Part shown: positions 9,483 to 19,606 of the stretch, in pieces
How positions within the stretch are numbered: the stretch's first letter is position 1
Layout: every line of letters begins with the position of its first letter
Source of the DNA: a virus
Virus record (IMG/VR): IMGVR_UViG_3300021180_000006
Location: 22,799-86,798 of that record
DNA length: 64,000 bases
Direction: 5' to 3' (one strand)
The notes under the pieces: model-generated
The model's database searches: none
Told to the model about the DNA's origin: nothing
What the model saw: the letters and a program-made list of their open reading frames with translations, nothing else
Made by a program: the position numbers and the translations under genes

Positions 9483-10751
9483 TCAGGCTGTGGGCTCGGC
9501 CACCAGAAACGTCCCCCGCTCGATCCACGAATAACCCTCCCCCAGGGCCGTCTGGAGTTGTTCCAGGGTCGGCCAGTCGCCGGCATCGTGATGCACGTGG
9601 AACTTGCGTCCCTCCCAGCGCTCAGGGAAGTAAATATCGGAGTTGGTCACGATCACCCGCGCCCCCGTTTCGCGCAGGGCGGCCAGCTCCTCCAGCACCG
9701 GACAGGCCGGCAAGCCGTTCTGAGCCCGGTCGAAATTGGCGTCCAGCAGCACCGTCAGCGCCGTCGGACCCATCGGCGACCCCTCCGGCCCCCGCGGAAA
9801 GAGAAACTTGCGGCTGTCTTGAGACAGGATCACCGCCGCGACGCCAAAAATATTCGCGGCCTCTTGGGCGAGCTTGCCGTCCTGCTCGATCCCTATGACC
9901 TCTTTGAATCCCGCCAGCAATGCCGTCTTGAGGTTGCGCCCTTTGCCGCAGCCGGTTTCGATGAAGGTGTCGGCCAGGAGGGATGAAAGCTCGCGGTCGA
10001 AGCGCAGGCGCGCATCTACACTGCGCCATTTGCCCCCTTTGGACCAGTCGATTTCCGCCCAGCCGTCCTCGCCCTCGAACAGCGGGATGCCTACATCGCG
10101 GGCGAACTGCGCCGCCGATTTGCGGTTGTGCAGCGAGATGGGATGCTTGCGGTGCGTCTCCCACCAGGCCGGGCCGTGATCCTCGTGGTAGACCAGGCGG
10201 CGTGAGATGCCGCCGCGATCGGGGGCGTGACTGTCGCGCTCGATCAGCTTGGTCAGACAGGCGTCGAAGGCTTCGGCGGCGATCAGGAAATCCGGCACCT
10301 CGCGATGGACTCTGCGCCACCAGTGCGGCCGGAAGGCGATCAAGTCCGTGCCTGCGGTCGGATCGTCGAAAGCGAACACATAGGACGGGGGGACGTTGCT
10401 GGCGTCGACGACGTTGATCCGCCCGGAATAACAGGCGTCGTTCTTGCCCTCCGCCATCGTCTGGCGCACCGCTTCGTAGGCGTCGGGAACCAGGCAGGCG
10501 TCGCAGTTGGTCCAGACAACGATCGTTTCCTCGGGTTCGCCCCAGCAGCCATAATCGAAGATGTCTTTCAGGTAGGGAACGCGGCGGGCATCGTCGCCGA
10601 AGGCGCGCCGTGGCGCGATCGGCTTGAGCGTCACCCGTTCTTCGTTGCCCCAGGTCTTGACCGCGTTGTCGTTGCGGCGCCGCTCATCGTCGCTCTTGGG
10701 GGAGTGCTCATGGAAGATGTGAACGATTCGTTCCACGGCTATTCGTTCCAT
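9483..10751 (-). CDS. Glycosyltransferase-like + methyltransferase-like fusion
   Basis: N-terminal WTNCD and YHEDH (GT-A-like); C-terminal FIETGCGKG, IGIE, LLDA (SAM-MTase-like). Confidence 0.65.
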   Translation of the reverse strand: MERIAVERIVHIFHEHSPKSDDERRRNDNAVKTWGNEERVTLKPIAPRRAFGDDARRVPYLKDIFDYGCWGEPEETIVVWTNCDACLVPDAYEAVRQTMAEGKNDACYSGRINVVDASNVPPSYVFAFDDPTAGTDLIAFRPHWWRRVHREVPDFLIAAEAFDACLTKLIERDSHAPDRGGISRRLVYHEDHGPAWWETHRKHPISLHNRKSAAQFARDVGIPLFEGEDGWAEIDWSKGGKWRSVDARLRFDRELSSLLADTFIETGCGKGRNLKTALLAGFKEVIGIEQDGKLAQEAANIFGVAAVILSQDSRKFLFPRGPEGSPMGPTALTVLLDANFDRAQNGLPACPVLEELAALRETGARVIVTNSDIYFPERWEGRKFHVHHDAGDWPTLEQLQTALGEGYSWIERGTFLVAEPTA

Positions 10752-12022
10752 ACATCGACCCCGTACTGCTGGCGCAACAACTCGATCGCCCGCTCGCCGT
10801 GGAAGCCGAAGGTCAGCCGGCGATCCTCCGGCCAGGGGTGCGGCGGCGGCTGATGACACTCGAAGCTGAACCGCGCCGCCACCGTCACCGGGGCAAAGCG
10901 AATTCCCGCCGCCTCCATCGTGGTACGGCAGAACACGCAACTGAACCAGTCCTCGCAGTGCTCAGCCGGCGGGACCGGCGTGTCGGGATGCTCCATGCGC
11001 CCGTAGCCGAGTTTCGCTGTCTCCTGAAGGAACCTGCGGCTGCGCAGGGAGAAGCCGCCGTTACCGACGATCCATTGATCCTGCCAGTGCCACGGACTGC
11101 CGACGTAATCGTAGTCGAGGAACGCCCGGCTCCAGGTCGAGGGATTCCGCGCGAAGCCGTCGCTCTGCACGATCAGGCAGTGCGGCGCGTCGATGAAGCG
11201 GTGCAGCTCCTCGAGAACGAAGCGGGAATAGTCGTAGACGCTGGCGAACGGCTCGATCTTCACATAGGCGGCATCGACGGGCAGCGCCTTCGGGCGCCGC
11301 GGGGCAAGGAACATCACCTTATCGACCTGGCAGTGCCGCAGGGTGCGATTGACCGCGGCGCAGCCCTGCTCGGGATGATTGGTGTCGATGCAAACCAGCG
11401 TGACCCCGCTCAGGTCGGCCTTGGGGCTGTCCCATCCGCCGGGCCGCAGTTCATCGGGATCGCGCAGGATTCCCGCCGGCCGCTCGCCCAAATCGACCCC
11501 CAGCGTCAAGAGGGCGCGGCGCAGGCTGGAATAGTCGTAGATGATCTGCTCGTAGGTGAGCAGGAGCCAGGGTAGGGGAGGAGGGGGAGAAGGGGAGAGG
11601 GGACGAGGGGAGGATGGGGACTCGACAAATTCGCTGATTCGGCGCAGGGCCGAGGCGAGGTTGGCCAGTCCCTCCGATTTGTCCTGAACGTACTGGCGGC
11701 GCAACTGCGACTGCACCGTCGATTCGCCTGACCGCAGAAGCACCAATAGCGCGACGGCGTATCCCGCCGCTTCCAGCTCGCCACGCAGCACGGGTAAATC
11801 CGGCCAGCCGCGCTGGTCGCCCACGCCGTAGGGCAGGCTGCGCTTAACGACGATCTGCCGGCCCATCTCCGAGAGCGGAACATCATGGCGCGGGTCGCCG
11901 GTGTTCCACGACTGCCAGCCAGCCGCTTCCAGGAGACGGTTCAAGAGCGTCGAGCCGCTGCCCTCGGGACAGACGATCAGCAGTGCCCGTTTAGTTGCGC
12001 CCGCAAAATGTTCTGTATCCAT
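10739..12022 (-). CDS. Sulfotransferase-like domain + DUF5672 (glycosyltransferase-like) fusion
   Basis: PEGSGSTLL, LLRS and LTYE; then LIVQSDG, YDYVGSPW, GNGGFSLRS, EDW, FGFHG. Confidence 0.8.
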   Translation of the reverse strand: MDTEHFAGATKRALLIVCPEGSGSTLLNRLLEAAGWQSWNTGDPRHDVPLSEMGRQIVVKRSLPYGVGDQRGWPDLPVLRGELEAAGYAVALLVLLRSGESTVQSQLRRQYVQDKSEGLANLASALRRISEFVESPSSPRPLSPSPPPPLPWLLLTYEQIIYDYSSLRRALLTLGVDLGERPAGILRDPDELRPGGWDSPKADLSGVTLVCIDTNHPEQGCAAVNRTLRHCQVDKVMFLAPRRPKALPVDAAYVKIEPFASVYDYSRFVLEELHRFIDAPHCLIVQSDGFARNPSTWSRAFLDYDYVGSPWHWQDQWIVGNGGFSLRSRRFLQETAKLGYGRMEHPDTPVPPAEHCEDWFSCVFCRTTMEAAGIRFAPVTVAARFSFECHQPPPHPWPEDRRLTFGFHGERAIELLRQQYGVDVWNE

Positions 12023-13050
12023 GCGAATCCGCCGGGTTGGGCGGCTTCCTCGTAGGTCAGTCTCTCGATCCAGTGCGGGTATCTTCGCGAGGCGCGGAGC
12101 GGGTCATCCAGCACCAGCGCGATGGTGGGGACCTGCGTCACCCGGCCCAGGTGCAGGATGCCGTTGTCGCTGGCGACCAGAACCCCCCCAGACTCCGTCG
12201 CGCGCTCGAACAAACCCAGCAGATCATACATCCGCGGGGCCCGGAACGAGCCCAGGTCGAGCCACAGCAGCGCGGGGAACTGTTTCTGGAGAAAGGCAAA
12301 TAGGGCCTCACCGCGGGCGAATCCGGCGGGCCGGCCGGCGCTGCGGAAGTGGGTGCAATTGAACAGGGCCAGGGGAAGGGGAGACGCGGGGGCGTATTTT
12401 TCCACGATCTGCCGCTCCTCGGGATCGCGGCATTCGTGTACGTCCAGCGGCAAGGTGTCGATGAACGACAGCGGGCAGCCGGTCCGGTCCCATTGCACGG
12501 TGATGAAATCGCGCAGGTCGCGGCGGTCCCAGGCGTTGGTGGTGATCCGCACCTCGTCGAAGCGGCCGAACTCGCCCTCGACGGCGCGGTGGAAAAGCGG
12601 CATCGGGCCGCCGGTCCAGTCGCAGACGACTTGCTTCATCCACGCGAAGCGCTCGCACATCTGCACATAAGGCTCATCCACCAGCAGCGTGATGCGGCGG
12701 TGGGCCTGTTCGGTGAGCCAGCGAAATGCGGGGATCAGCGTCAGCAGGTCGCCGGCCCGCCCGGGCTGGAGAATCGCAGTCTTGACCGTGGCAACCTCTT
12801 CGCCGCAGCAGCCTTTGCTCCCCGGTGGAGATGGGGCAGGCGGCGCCGGCCAGCTCCAGGAATCTTCGCCGGTGTCCTCGAGCGCTCGGGCGGCCGCGTC
12901 GTATTTGCCCTTGGGGCATTGGCCGCTTTGGGCGTGGATCGTCAGATCGATGCCATCGACCGTGCAGGCGCAGGCTCCGAAGCAGGGGCGCTGGGCGAAT
13001 GGGCAGGTGTGGCAGAGGGACAGGCGATCGTCTTCGGTCTGGGACTTCAT
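11977..13050 (-). CDS. GT9 (heptosyltransferase-like) glycosyltransferase with an N-terminal Cys cluster
   Basis: GRAGDLLTLIP and VASDNGILHL..VPTIAL; N-terminal CxxC..CPKGK. Confidence 0.75.
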   Translation of the reverse strand: MKSQTEDDRLSLCHTCPFAQRPCFGACACTVDGIDLTIHAQSGQCPKGKYDAAARALEDTGEDSWSWPAPPAPSPPGSKGCCGEEVATVKTAILQPGRAGDLLTLIPAFRWLTEQAHRRITLLVDEPYVQMCERFAWMKQVVCDWTGGPMPLFHRAVEGEFGRFDEVRITTNAWDRRDLRDFITVQWDRTGCPLSFIDTLPLDVHECRDPEERQIVEKYAPASPLPLALFNCTHFRSAGRPAGFARGEALFAFLQKQFPALLWLDLGSFRAPRMYDLLGLFERATESGGVLVASDNGILHLGRVTQVPTIALVLDDPLRASRRYPHWIERLTYEEAAQPGGFAWIQNILRAQLNGHC

Positions 13051-13056
13051 CGCGTA

Positions 13057-13848
13057 CTAGGCGTCCGTCACCACGAATTTACCGCCGAAGAAGCCGCCGG
13101 GCGGAATCGAGAAGCCGCCAAAACCGCCGAAGTTGTCGTTGGGTCCGGTCGGCGGATTATTGGAGACAGCGACGATCGAACCGCCGCAGGGCAGGGGAGG
13201 CCCCAAGGTCATGTAAGGAATGAACGGGGCACCGCTGCCGCCGTAATCTTCGCCAGCGACGATCGCGCCCTGACCGTTGCCGTTGAGCACAGGAGGAATC
13301 CCAATGAGCGGCGCGGCCGGGTTGGTCAGATAGACGATCAGACCGGTGAATCCATCAAAGTCGGGCGATGGCGGAACGATCACCAGCTCAAAGTGGAGCA
13401 CTGAGCAGTGGAACTGGAGCACGCCGGAGCATCCGAGCCCGACCCATTGGTCCGATGAAGCCGGGATGTCCAAACCGTAGTAACAAGCGACGGTGGTGCC
13501 GAAGCTGCGATATTGTGCCCGCAGGGTGAGCGTGAAGGTGCCGTTGACGGGTACGGAATTGAAGCGGTAGGAGAAAAGACCGCCGAAGACCGTCCAGCAG
13601 GTTCCCAAGGCTGCGGCAATGTTGACATTGCTGATGGTCAGCGTCTTGGTTGTCTTGTAGCTCCCGGTGCTGCCCGAGCCGCCGATCGAGGGACAGTTGC
13701 AACAGCAGGGGCACGGTGAGTTGGACGGCGGCAGCGGGCCGGGCGTGAAGGGATAATCGCCCAGCCCCGGATTGCCAGGCACCGTCGCGCCCAGATAGAG
13801 CGCGCCTTTGCTGCCGAACAACCAGCCATCTGCGCCGAACAGGGCCAT
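13057..13848 (-). CDS. Putative tail-tip protein, Cys-rich
   Basis: Position after the tail genes; CPCCCNCP; beta-rich. Confidence 0.5.
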   Translation of the reverse strand: MALFGADGWLFGSKGALYLGATVPGNPGLGDYPFTPGPLPPSNSPCPCCCNCPSIGGSGSTGSYKTTKTLTISNVNIAAALGTCWTVFGGLFSYRFNSVPVNGTFTLTLRAQYRSFGTTVACYYGLDIPASSDQWVGLGCSGVLQFHCSVLHFELVIVPPSPDFDGFTGLIVYLTNPAAPLIGIPPVLNGNGQGAIVAGEDYGGSGAPFIPYMTLGPPLPCGGSIVAVSNNPPTGPNDNFGGFGGFSIPPGGFFGGKFVVTDA

Positions 13849-13899
13849 GGGAGAGAAGAAGACACGGGGACGGGGAGACGCGGGGACGCGGAGAAGGGA

Positions 13900-14652
13900 T
13901 CATGAGGATGGCGGGACGCAGGATCCGACATCAATGACCTCGTTCGTAATCAGCAGGTGGGGTTTGAACATATTGGCTTGGGAATCCGGGTAATACAGCC
14001 CGCGCGTCCCCAGGCCGGCGTCGCTGACATGGCCGGGAAAGCGCCAATCGACCGGCACGTTGTCGGCGATTTTCACCCCGTCAAGCGCCGTGATGGTGTA
14101 GGTGAGGGTGGCCGCCACCGGCGGAAGGCTGGTTCCGCGCGAGCCCATGGGATTGCTCAAGGTCACTGGCACGCCCAGCCAGAGCTGCTGGCTTTCGCAG
14201 ATCACCAGCGGGCGGACGGCGAGCGAGGAGCTGGAGCTGGTCTGCCCCGCCAGGTATCCCCAGACGAAGCGGGTGCCGTTGACGTTGAGATCATGGCCCA
14301 TGGGGGCGAAATCGTTCTCGTTGATGTTGGCGATCCAGCAGTCGTCGCTGGTGTTGACGTCCTGAAACAGGTTCTCCAGCTTCATGTCCTGCGCCGGATC
14401 GATGCCGTTGCCGTTGTTGAGCGTTTGCTGTCGGCCCCCGTAAAATCCCCGTCCGCAGCCGGCGCTGGAGGTGATGCGGGCGACGGTCGGATTGAAGACA
14501 TCCGATGAGACCGAGCGCGCTTGCCGCTGTTGCATGATGCGGATGCGCTGTCCGTCGTTGACCACGCCGTCGCCGGAGATGGTCGAGACGGTCTGGCGCA
14601 GATCGCGCAACCACTGGATATCCGCGGCGGTGAGATAGTAGCGGTCGGGCAT
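13900..14652 (-). CDS. Putative tail protein
   Basis: Position downstream of the distal tail gene. Confidence 0.5.
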   Translation of the reverse strand: MPDRYYLTAADIQWLRDLRQTVSTISGDGVVNDGQRIRIMQQRQARSVSSDVFNPTVARITSSAGCGRGFYGGRQQTLNNGNGIDPAQDMKLENLFQDVNTSDDCWIANINENDFAPMGHDLNVNGTRFVWGYLAGQTSSSSSLAVRPLVICESQQLWLGVPVTLSNPMGSRGTSLPPVAATLTYTITALDGVKIADNVPVDWRFPGHVSDAGLGTRGLYYPDSQANMFKPHLLITNEVIDVGSCVPPSS

Positions 14653-14685
14653 GGGGCGTTAGAATGTGGCCGTTCGGAGTTTGGA

Positions 14686-14895
14686 ATGAAGAAATGCTCG
14701 TTGCCGGCTTTGGAAACTCCATGCGCGCATTGCGGAGGTAAGGGATGGTATTGGCCGGAGGACCGCGATAAGGCGCTGCGTTGCGAGGCTTGCGGGGGCG
14801 CGGGGTATATTCCTACCGGCGATGGCGAGCGAATCCTTGACTTAATGCGCCATTCAGTCCGGGCATGGGTTGAGGATATCCCCCCGGCCGGTTGA
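14686..14895 (+). CDS. Anti-TRAP-like small zinc-finger protein
   Basis: LETPCAHCGGKG..CEACGGAGYIPTGDGERILDLMRH follows the RtpA/anti-TRAP pattern; TAGAAT upstream. Confidence 0.6.
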   Translation: MKKCSLPALETPCAHCGGKGWYWPEDRDKALRCEACGGAGYIPTGDGERILDLMRHSVRAWVEDIPPAG

Positions 14896-15074
14896 CATAC
14901 TTCAAGCGATGCGCAGCTTTACGGCGCTGTCTGCCCCGTCGCACGCTCACTTCCGAATACGCGCGATTCCCAAAGGCGCTACTGTGTTTGAAGTATGGGA
15001 ACCATCACACCGGCAGCTTTAACGACCAACGACCCGAGTTTCGCCAAGCGTCGTTGATCGAGCAAAATGGCAAA

Positions 15075-15323
15075 ATGGATCGCCAAAATAAAACTCGTGC
15101 CCTCCCGGCATATACAGAACTTGACGTACTCAGGCGACACGCCGCAAGGGCGGCCGTTGCCGCGGCCGAACTGCTGAAAGATACGGATGGCGAACCGAAT
15201 CCGGTGGTTCTTGAGATTGGATCGGAGAGGCTCAAGAGAATCGAAGCGGCGGCGGAAAAACTCCGCGACGAGAGCGTACTTTCCTGGCTTGCCGCAATGA
15301 AAGTGTCCCGTGACGCGGATTGA
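15075..15323 (+). CDS. Hypothetical inserted gene
   Basis: Lower-GC ORF antisense to the late arm. Confidence 0.45.
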   Translation: MDRQNKTRALPAYTELDVLRRHAARAAVAAAELLKDTDGEPNPVVLEIGSERLKRIEAAAEKLRDESVLSWLAAMKVSRDAD

Positions 15324-15326
15324 ATC

Positions 15327-15599
15327 TCATTGCTTTTCGTGGGGCGTGAGATGCTCGGTCAACATCGCGTAGTATCCGATCCAAGTCGCGAATAGGTCCA
15401 ACGTCGCGATTGGGTTCCCACGCATGTCCGCCTTCCGCTCTGCCTCAATTTGCTTCGCGCACCGCGCGAGCCTTCGGGCCTCCAAAAGTTCCGTAGCGAG
15501 ATCCCTTACCGCATTATCAACGCCATCGCCGCAGTCTCCCGAAAATCCGACCTTGGCGTATCGTTCCAGGTCTTCGTTATTTATCACGTCGCACATCAC
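15327..15599 (-). CDS. Hypothetical protein
   Basis: Lower-GC ORF. Confidence 0.5.
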   Translation of the reverse strand: MMCDVINNEDLERYAKVGFSGDCGDGVDNAVRDLATELLEARRLARCAKQIEAERKADMRGNPIATLDLFATWIGYYAMLTEHLTPHEKQ

Positions 15600-15602
15600 A
15601 CA

Positions 15603-16658
15603 TCATAACAGATTCGCATACGGGATCGGCTTCAAGCGCCGCCAGTGTCCGACATAAATCTGGCCGGTAGGGACCGATGGAGCCTGGAGCGTTTCCCAGA
15701 AGAAGTCCGGCCCTTCCACCATCGGCGTCGGATTGGCGACGGGAGTAGCGAGCTGGTGCCCGACCTTGAAGCTGGCGGTATCCAACGGGAGTCCCGTCTT
15801 GTCGAGATAAACGATCGCTTCCGTGACTCTGGTCGGCGGCTGCTCGCCCACGTAATAAAACGGGGCCATCTGCGGGGTGGGGGCCTCTGTGTCGGGCGTC
15901 ATCGATTGTGCGGGCGTCGATGGTTGGAACCAACCGACCGAGCCCTTGTTGATTTCCCGAACGTCCCAGGCATCGCTCAATCCATCCGGTCCGGTAGCGC
16001 TGAACGTGGGTCGGATTTCAAAGGTCCATCTGACTTTCACGAAATACGCCTGTAGCGAGTATTCGCCGATCGGCACGATGTTTTTAACCCGCGCCTGTCC
16101 GGGCTGCACCGCCGCGTTCATCACCTTGCCCTTGATCACGAAGTTGTCTTTATTCATCGTCCCCATCAGCCGGGTTGCCGCCGCCGGATCGTAAAACGGC
16201 TGGTAGCGCGTGTAGACGAGGTTCATCGTCGGCAGATCGGTCTGCGCCGGCGGATCGTAAGGTTGTCCTGCCGCGGTCTGCACCGGCGTACCCTGGATGG
16301 TGTGGCTGAAATCGACGCTCTGAAGCGCCGGCTCCCAAGCCATCATGGGCGGCTGACTCAGAGGATCGGCGCTGGCTGGCGCTTCGCCGCCATCAGGGAC
16401 GCCGTATTCAGCGTGAACCCGGTAGACGGAGTAGAGGGATTTGTCGGCGCTGATGCTCAGACAGCGCAGGGTCGAGGAGAGATTGTGGGGTGCGTTGTAA
16501 TCCACCGCGAACTGCGCCGAGCAGGCCGCGATCGCGTCCACCTCGTCGACGGCGTAGGCCACGTCGAACTCGCGGTGGGCGGTCCACTTGAGCAGGTCGA
16601 CGTTGAAGTTGAGCCGCTGGTTTTCCCAGCGCTCGCTGGCTTGGGCGATGGTGGACAT
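15603..16658 (-). CDS. Putative distal tail/tail-tip structural protein
   Basis: Immediately after the tape measure; TAAGQPYDPP motif. Confidence 0.6.
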   Translation of the reverse strand: MSTIAQASERWENQRLNFNVDLLKWTAHREFDVAYAVDEVDAIAACSAQFAVDYNAPHNLSSTLRCLSISADKSLYSVYRVHAEYGVPDGGEAPASADPLSQPPMMAWEPALQSVDFSHTIQGTPVQTAAGQPYDPPAQTDLPTMNLVYTRYQPFYDPAAATRLMGTMNKDNFVIKGKVMNAAVQPGQARVKNIVPIGEYSLQAYFVKVRWTFEIRPTFSATGPDGLSDAWDVREINKGSVGWFQPSTPAQSMTPDTEAPTPQMAPFYYVGEQPPTRVTEAIVYLDKTGLPLDTASFKVGHQLATPVANPTPMVEGPDFFWETLQAPSVPTGQIYVGHWRRLKPIPYANLL

Positions 16659-16668
16659 GGGAGTTGAG

Positions 16669-18285
16669 TCAAAGACCGGCTGGAGCCATTGCGTCTTTGA
16701 GGAATTGACGGGCCATTTCGATCAGATGCTGGAGGTGGGTATTGGAGGCGTTCTGGGCGTCGAGCTGCTTTTGCCAGATGGCGCGTGCCGTCTGTTCCGC
16801 CTGCCGGGCATTGGCGGCAAACGCTTCCCGCCCTGCATCCTGGCCGAATTTCAATTCCGGCGACTGGGCAAATGGTGAGCTGAACGGCCCGAATTCCGGC
16901 ATGCCGGCCCGCGCGATCGCGGCCTTTTCGACGCCGACCGTCGCATCCCGCGCCGCCTCGATTTGCTTGCGTTCATCAGCGGTGAGGTCCTGGCCCTCGC
17001 GGAGCAGCTTGTTGAACTCCTCGCGTTTTTCGTTGAACTTCTCGTGAATCTCCAGGATCGTCGCCGCCTTCTTGGCCTGATTGCTGCCCAACTCCGCTTC
17101 CTCGTGCAACATTTCCAGGCCGGCTGACATCACGGCTCGTCGGCGCTCCTCGCGCTCATCCTGAATCTGGTTCTGGTGTTCGATCGTGGCTCGGTGATCG
17201 GCTTCTGTTTTCTGCGCATCAATGGCCTTCTGGGTTTGATCGTGCTGCCGATAAGCGCGCTCCCTTTCGGCGGCATCGTTGAGGGGAGGCTGGCCCGCGT
17301 CCTTTCGCTTCTGGGCCTCGTCGCGGATGCGATTCAGATCGTCATTGAGCTTCAAGTCGGCGCGGCGTTTTTCTTCCTCGTATTGATTATCGCGCAGCAC
17401 CTGCTCGGCCTCGAAACTTTCGTTCAACCCGTGCAGTTCTTCGGCGTCAGCTTCGGCGGCAAGACGCCTCAGCTTTATTTCATGCTCGGCGTCGTCGGAC
17501 TCCAATCGCTCGTTGTGCGCGGCGTTGCGGTCGCGCTCCTCACGGCGAAATTTATCGTGGATGTTCTCTATCTCAATCTGCGCAGCCTTGGTGGTATCCT
17601 CGATCGCGGAATCCTTCTGGGCGATGACCCCTTTCTCCAACTCGGTCGGATTGAAGTGGTGTTTCTTGTATTCTTCAAGTTCCTTCCGCAGGTCCGCGAT
17701 GCGATCGGCTGCCGCCCGCGCCGCGTTTCCGACCGCCGCCCCCTCCGCGCTCATACCCGGTCGTTGCTGAGCCCGCGCCTCCGCCAGTTCATTCAGGGCC
17801 GATCGCTGCTCGTGATAGGCGCGGGTGGTTTCTTCCAGCTTCTCGTGCAGATATTTCAGGGTGCCGGCGTCCGAGCGGGCGCGGTCGATCACCTTGTCTG
17901 AAGCGCCGGCCTCTTTGAGTTGTTCTGCGTGCAAGTCTTTGTAAGCATCGACGACCCGATCGAGGGCACCGACCAGCGGGTCGATTGACGACACCACATC
18001 AAGCATGCCTTGAACCTTGGCCTTGTGCAGGTCTTCGGCATCCGTCGCCTCCGAGACTCTTTCCGTGTAGGCCCGCATCCCCTCTGCCGCTCGATTCAAC
18101 CCTTCGGCCAAAAGGGCGACCACAATCCCGGCACCGCCGAGCTTCAAGCCATGCTCCAGCAGGCGCGCTCCTCCACGGCTTTCGTGGATAAAGTTTTCCA
18201 GCTTTTCCTTTGCCGACTTATAAGCCTCGGCAGTCATGTCCTTTGCGCGGAGCCAGAAAGTGATTTGTTCGGTGCGCTCGGCCAT
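16669..18285 (-). CDS. Tail tape measure protein (538 aa)
   Basis: N-terminal LRAKD.T; long Ala/Glu helical coiled coil; position. Confidence 0.75.
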   Translation of the reverse strand: MAERTEQITFWLRAKDMTAEAYKSAKEKLENFIHESRGGARLLEHGLKLGGAGIVVALLAEGLNRAAEGMRAYTERVSEATDAEDLHKAKVQGMLDVVSSIDPLVGALDRVVDAYKDLHAEQLKEAGASDKVIDRARSDAGTLKYLHEKLEETTRAYHEQRSALNELAEARAQQRPGMSAEGAAVGNAARAAADRIADLRKELEEYKKHHFNPTELEKGVIAQKDSAIEDTTKAAQIEIENIHDKFRREERDRNAAHNERLESDDAEHEIKLRRLAAEADAEELHGLNESFEAEQVLRDNQYEEEKRRADLKLNDDLNRIRDEAQKRKDAGQPPLNDAAERERAYRQHDQTQKAIDAQKTEADHRATIEHQNQIQDEREERRRAVMSAGLEMLHEEAELGSNQAKKAATILEIHEKFNEKREEFNKLLREGQDLTADERKQIEAARDATVGVEKAAIARAGMPEFGPFSSPFAQSPELKFGQDAGREAFAANARQAEQTARAIWQKQLDAQNASNTHLQHLIEMARQFLKDAMAPAGL

Positions 18286-18358
18286 GGGGAGATTCGTAAA
18301 GGGGTTGCGTGGTCGCTAGGGTATCGCGGTACGGGGGAACATTTCGGGAGTCCCGCCC

Positions 18359-19288
18359 ATGAAAACGTCAATCGCGGTTCTGCTGGTCCTGTTGTGTGCC
18401 GCCGGTCCACAGCCGACGCGCCCGGCCTGGGACGGGAAAACCTGGCAGCTTGGCTGGGCCCACGGCACGGCGCAGCAGGTGGCGGATCAGATCAACGGCG
18501 ACGTTCTGCGTCTGGGTCGCCGCTGCGCCGAAGCGCGCTCGAGCATCGCCGATGAACGGGTGCGCTTGGGCAAACTGCACGATGCCCGGTTGGCCACGCT
18601 GCACGCCACAGACGCGGCGGGCAAGATCGCCCAGATCGCCGACCTCACACAGCGCCTCAACCAGGCGCGGGCCGATCACGATTCAGCCGCGGCCATCGCC
18701 CTCAGCTCGCAACTGAATCACGACCGCCAGGACCTGGCCGGGATGGAGACGGCGGCCATCGCCGGCGACGATTCCCTCAACCGTTCGCAGGCGCTCTTGC
18801 GCGATCAGGAGGTCCAGCTTGCGGCGCTGGCGAATTCATTGTCCGATGCCCGAGCGTGGCGCGGGCAGATGCTCGATGCCATGCGGAACTCATTTCAACT
18901 CGCCTGGCCGCTGCACAAGGGCGACGTCGGACTTCTGGGGCCGACCAAAAGCACCGATCCGCTGCGCGATCTGGTCCGAAAGACGCACGGGGCGCGGGTG
19001 TCCGCGATGATCTTCGACAACACCCGCCTGGCCTACGCCACCGAATGGCGCGAACAGACCGAGGAGCACGAATCGATCACCACCAACAAGGTGGTGCAGC
19101 ATCCCTTCCTGGTCCAGCCCGACGGCGCGATGCCCGAGGCGGATACCGTCGTGGAGATTGCCGTGCTCGATGAAGACCCGCCCGCCGCCACGGCGATCGG
19201 CCAGGCGGTCGAATTGGCGGTGATCGCGCCGCGGCCGGATCACCCGTTCAGCCAGTTGATGAAGGCGATCGACGACGGGATCAAGTAG
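18359..19288 (+). CDS. Secreted/periplasmic coiled-coil moron protein
   Basis: Signal peptide MKTSIAVLLVLLCAA; antisense to the late arm. Confidence 0.7.
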   Translation: MKTSIAVLLVLLCAAGPQPTRPAWDGKTWQLGWAHGTAQQVADQINGDVLRLGRRCAEARSSIADERVRLGKLHDARLATLHATDAAGKIAQIADLTQRLNQARADHDSAAAIALSSQLNHDRQDLAGMETAAIAGDDSLNRSQALLRDQEVQLAALANSLSDARAWRGQMLDAMRNSFQLAWPLHKGDVGLLGPTKSTDPLRDLVRKTHGARVSAMIFDNTRLAYATEWREQTEEHESITTNKVVQHPFLVQPDGAMPEADTVVEIAVLDEDPPAATAIGQAVELAVIAPRPDHPFSQLMKAIDDGIK

Positions 19289-19415
19289 GAGACGCGAAGT
19301 CCCCGAGCCGCCGAGCGCCAGTTCTTCCCTGCCTTTTGTTGGCCGAGTCGTAAGCCTCGCCGGTTTCGTCCTTTGCGCGGAGCTTAAACGTGATCTGTTC
19401 GGTGCGGTCGGCCAT
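19281..19415 (-). pseudogene. Truncated second copy of the tape-measure 5' end
   Basis: MADRTEQITFKLRAKDETGEAYDSANK vs MAERTEQITFWLRAKDMTAEAYKSAKE; stops after 44 codons. Confidence 0.85.
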
Positions 19416-19434
19416 GGTCTTTACTATTTGCTGT

Positions 19435-19600
19435 TTGACTTGCCCGGCTCACCAAGGGCATGATGGCTTCCGCTGTCCAAAAAACGTGATTCCCCCCGCG
19501 TCACAAACGGAATCACCACGAAACGCATCCGCCTCAGCGCCAAACTCGCCTCGCGCGTTATTTGGACAGCCGCTGTGTGCGGATGCTTGCGCTACGGAGA
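19435..19600 (+). promoter_or_regulatory. Promoter plus structured leader (X...stem[X'] type)
   Basis: TTGACT..CATGAT; gctgtccaaaaaacg (19472) pairs with cgttatttggacagc (19556-19570) inside the stem gcatccgc/gcggatgc. Confidence 0.65.
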
Positions 19601-19606
19601 GCAAAC

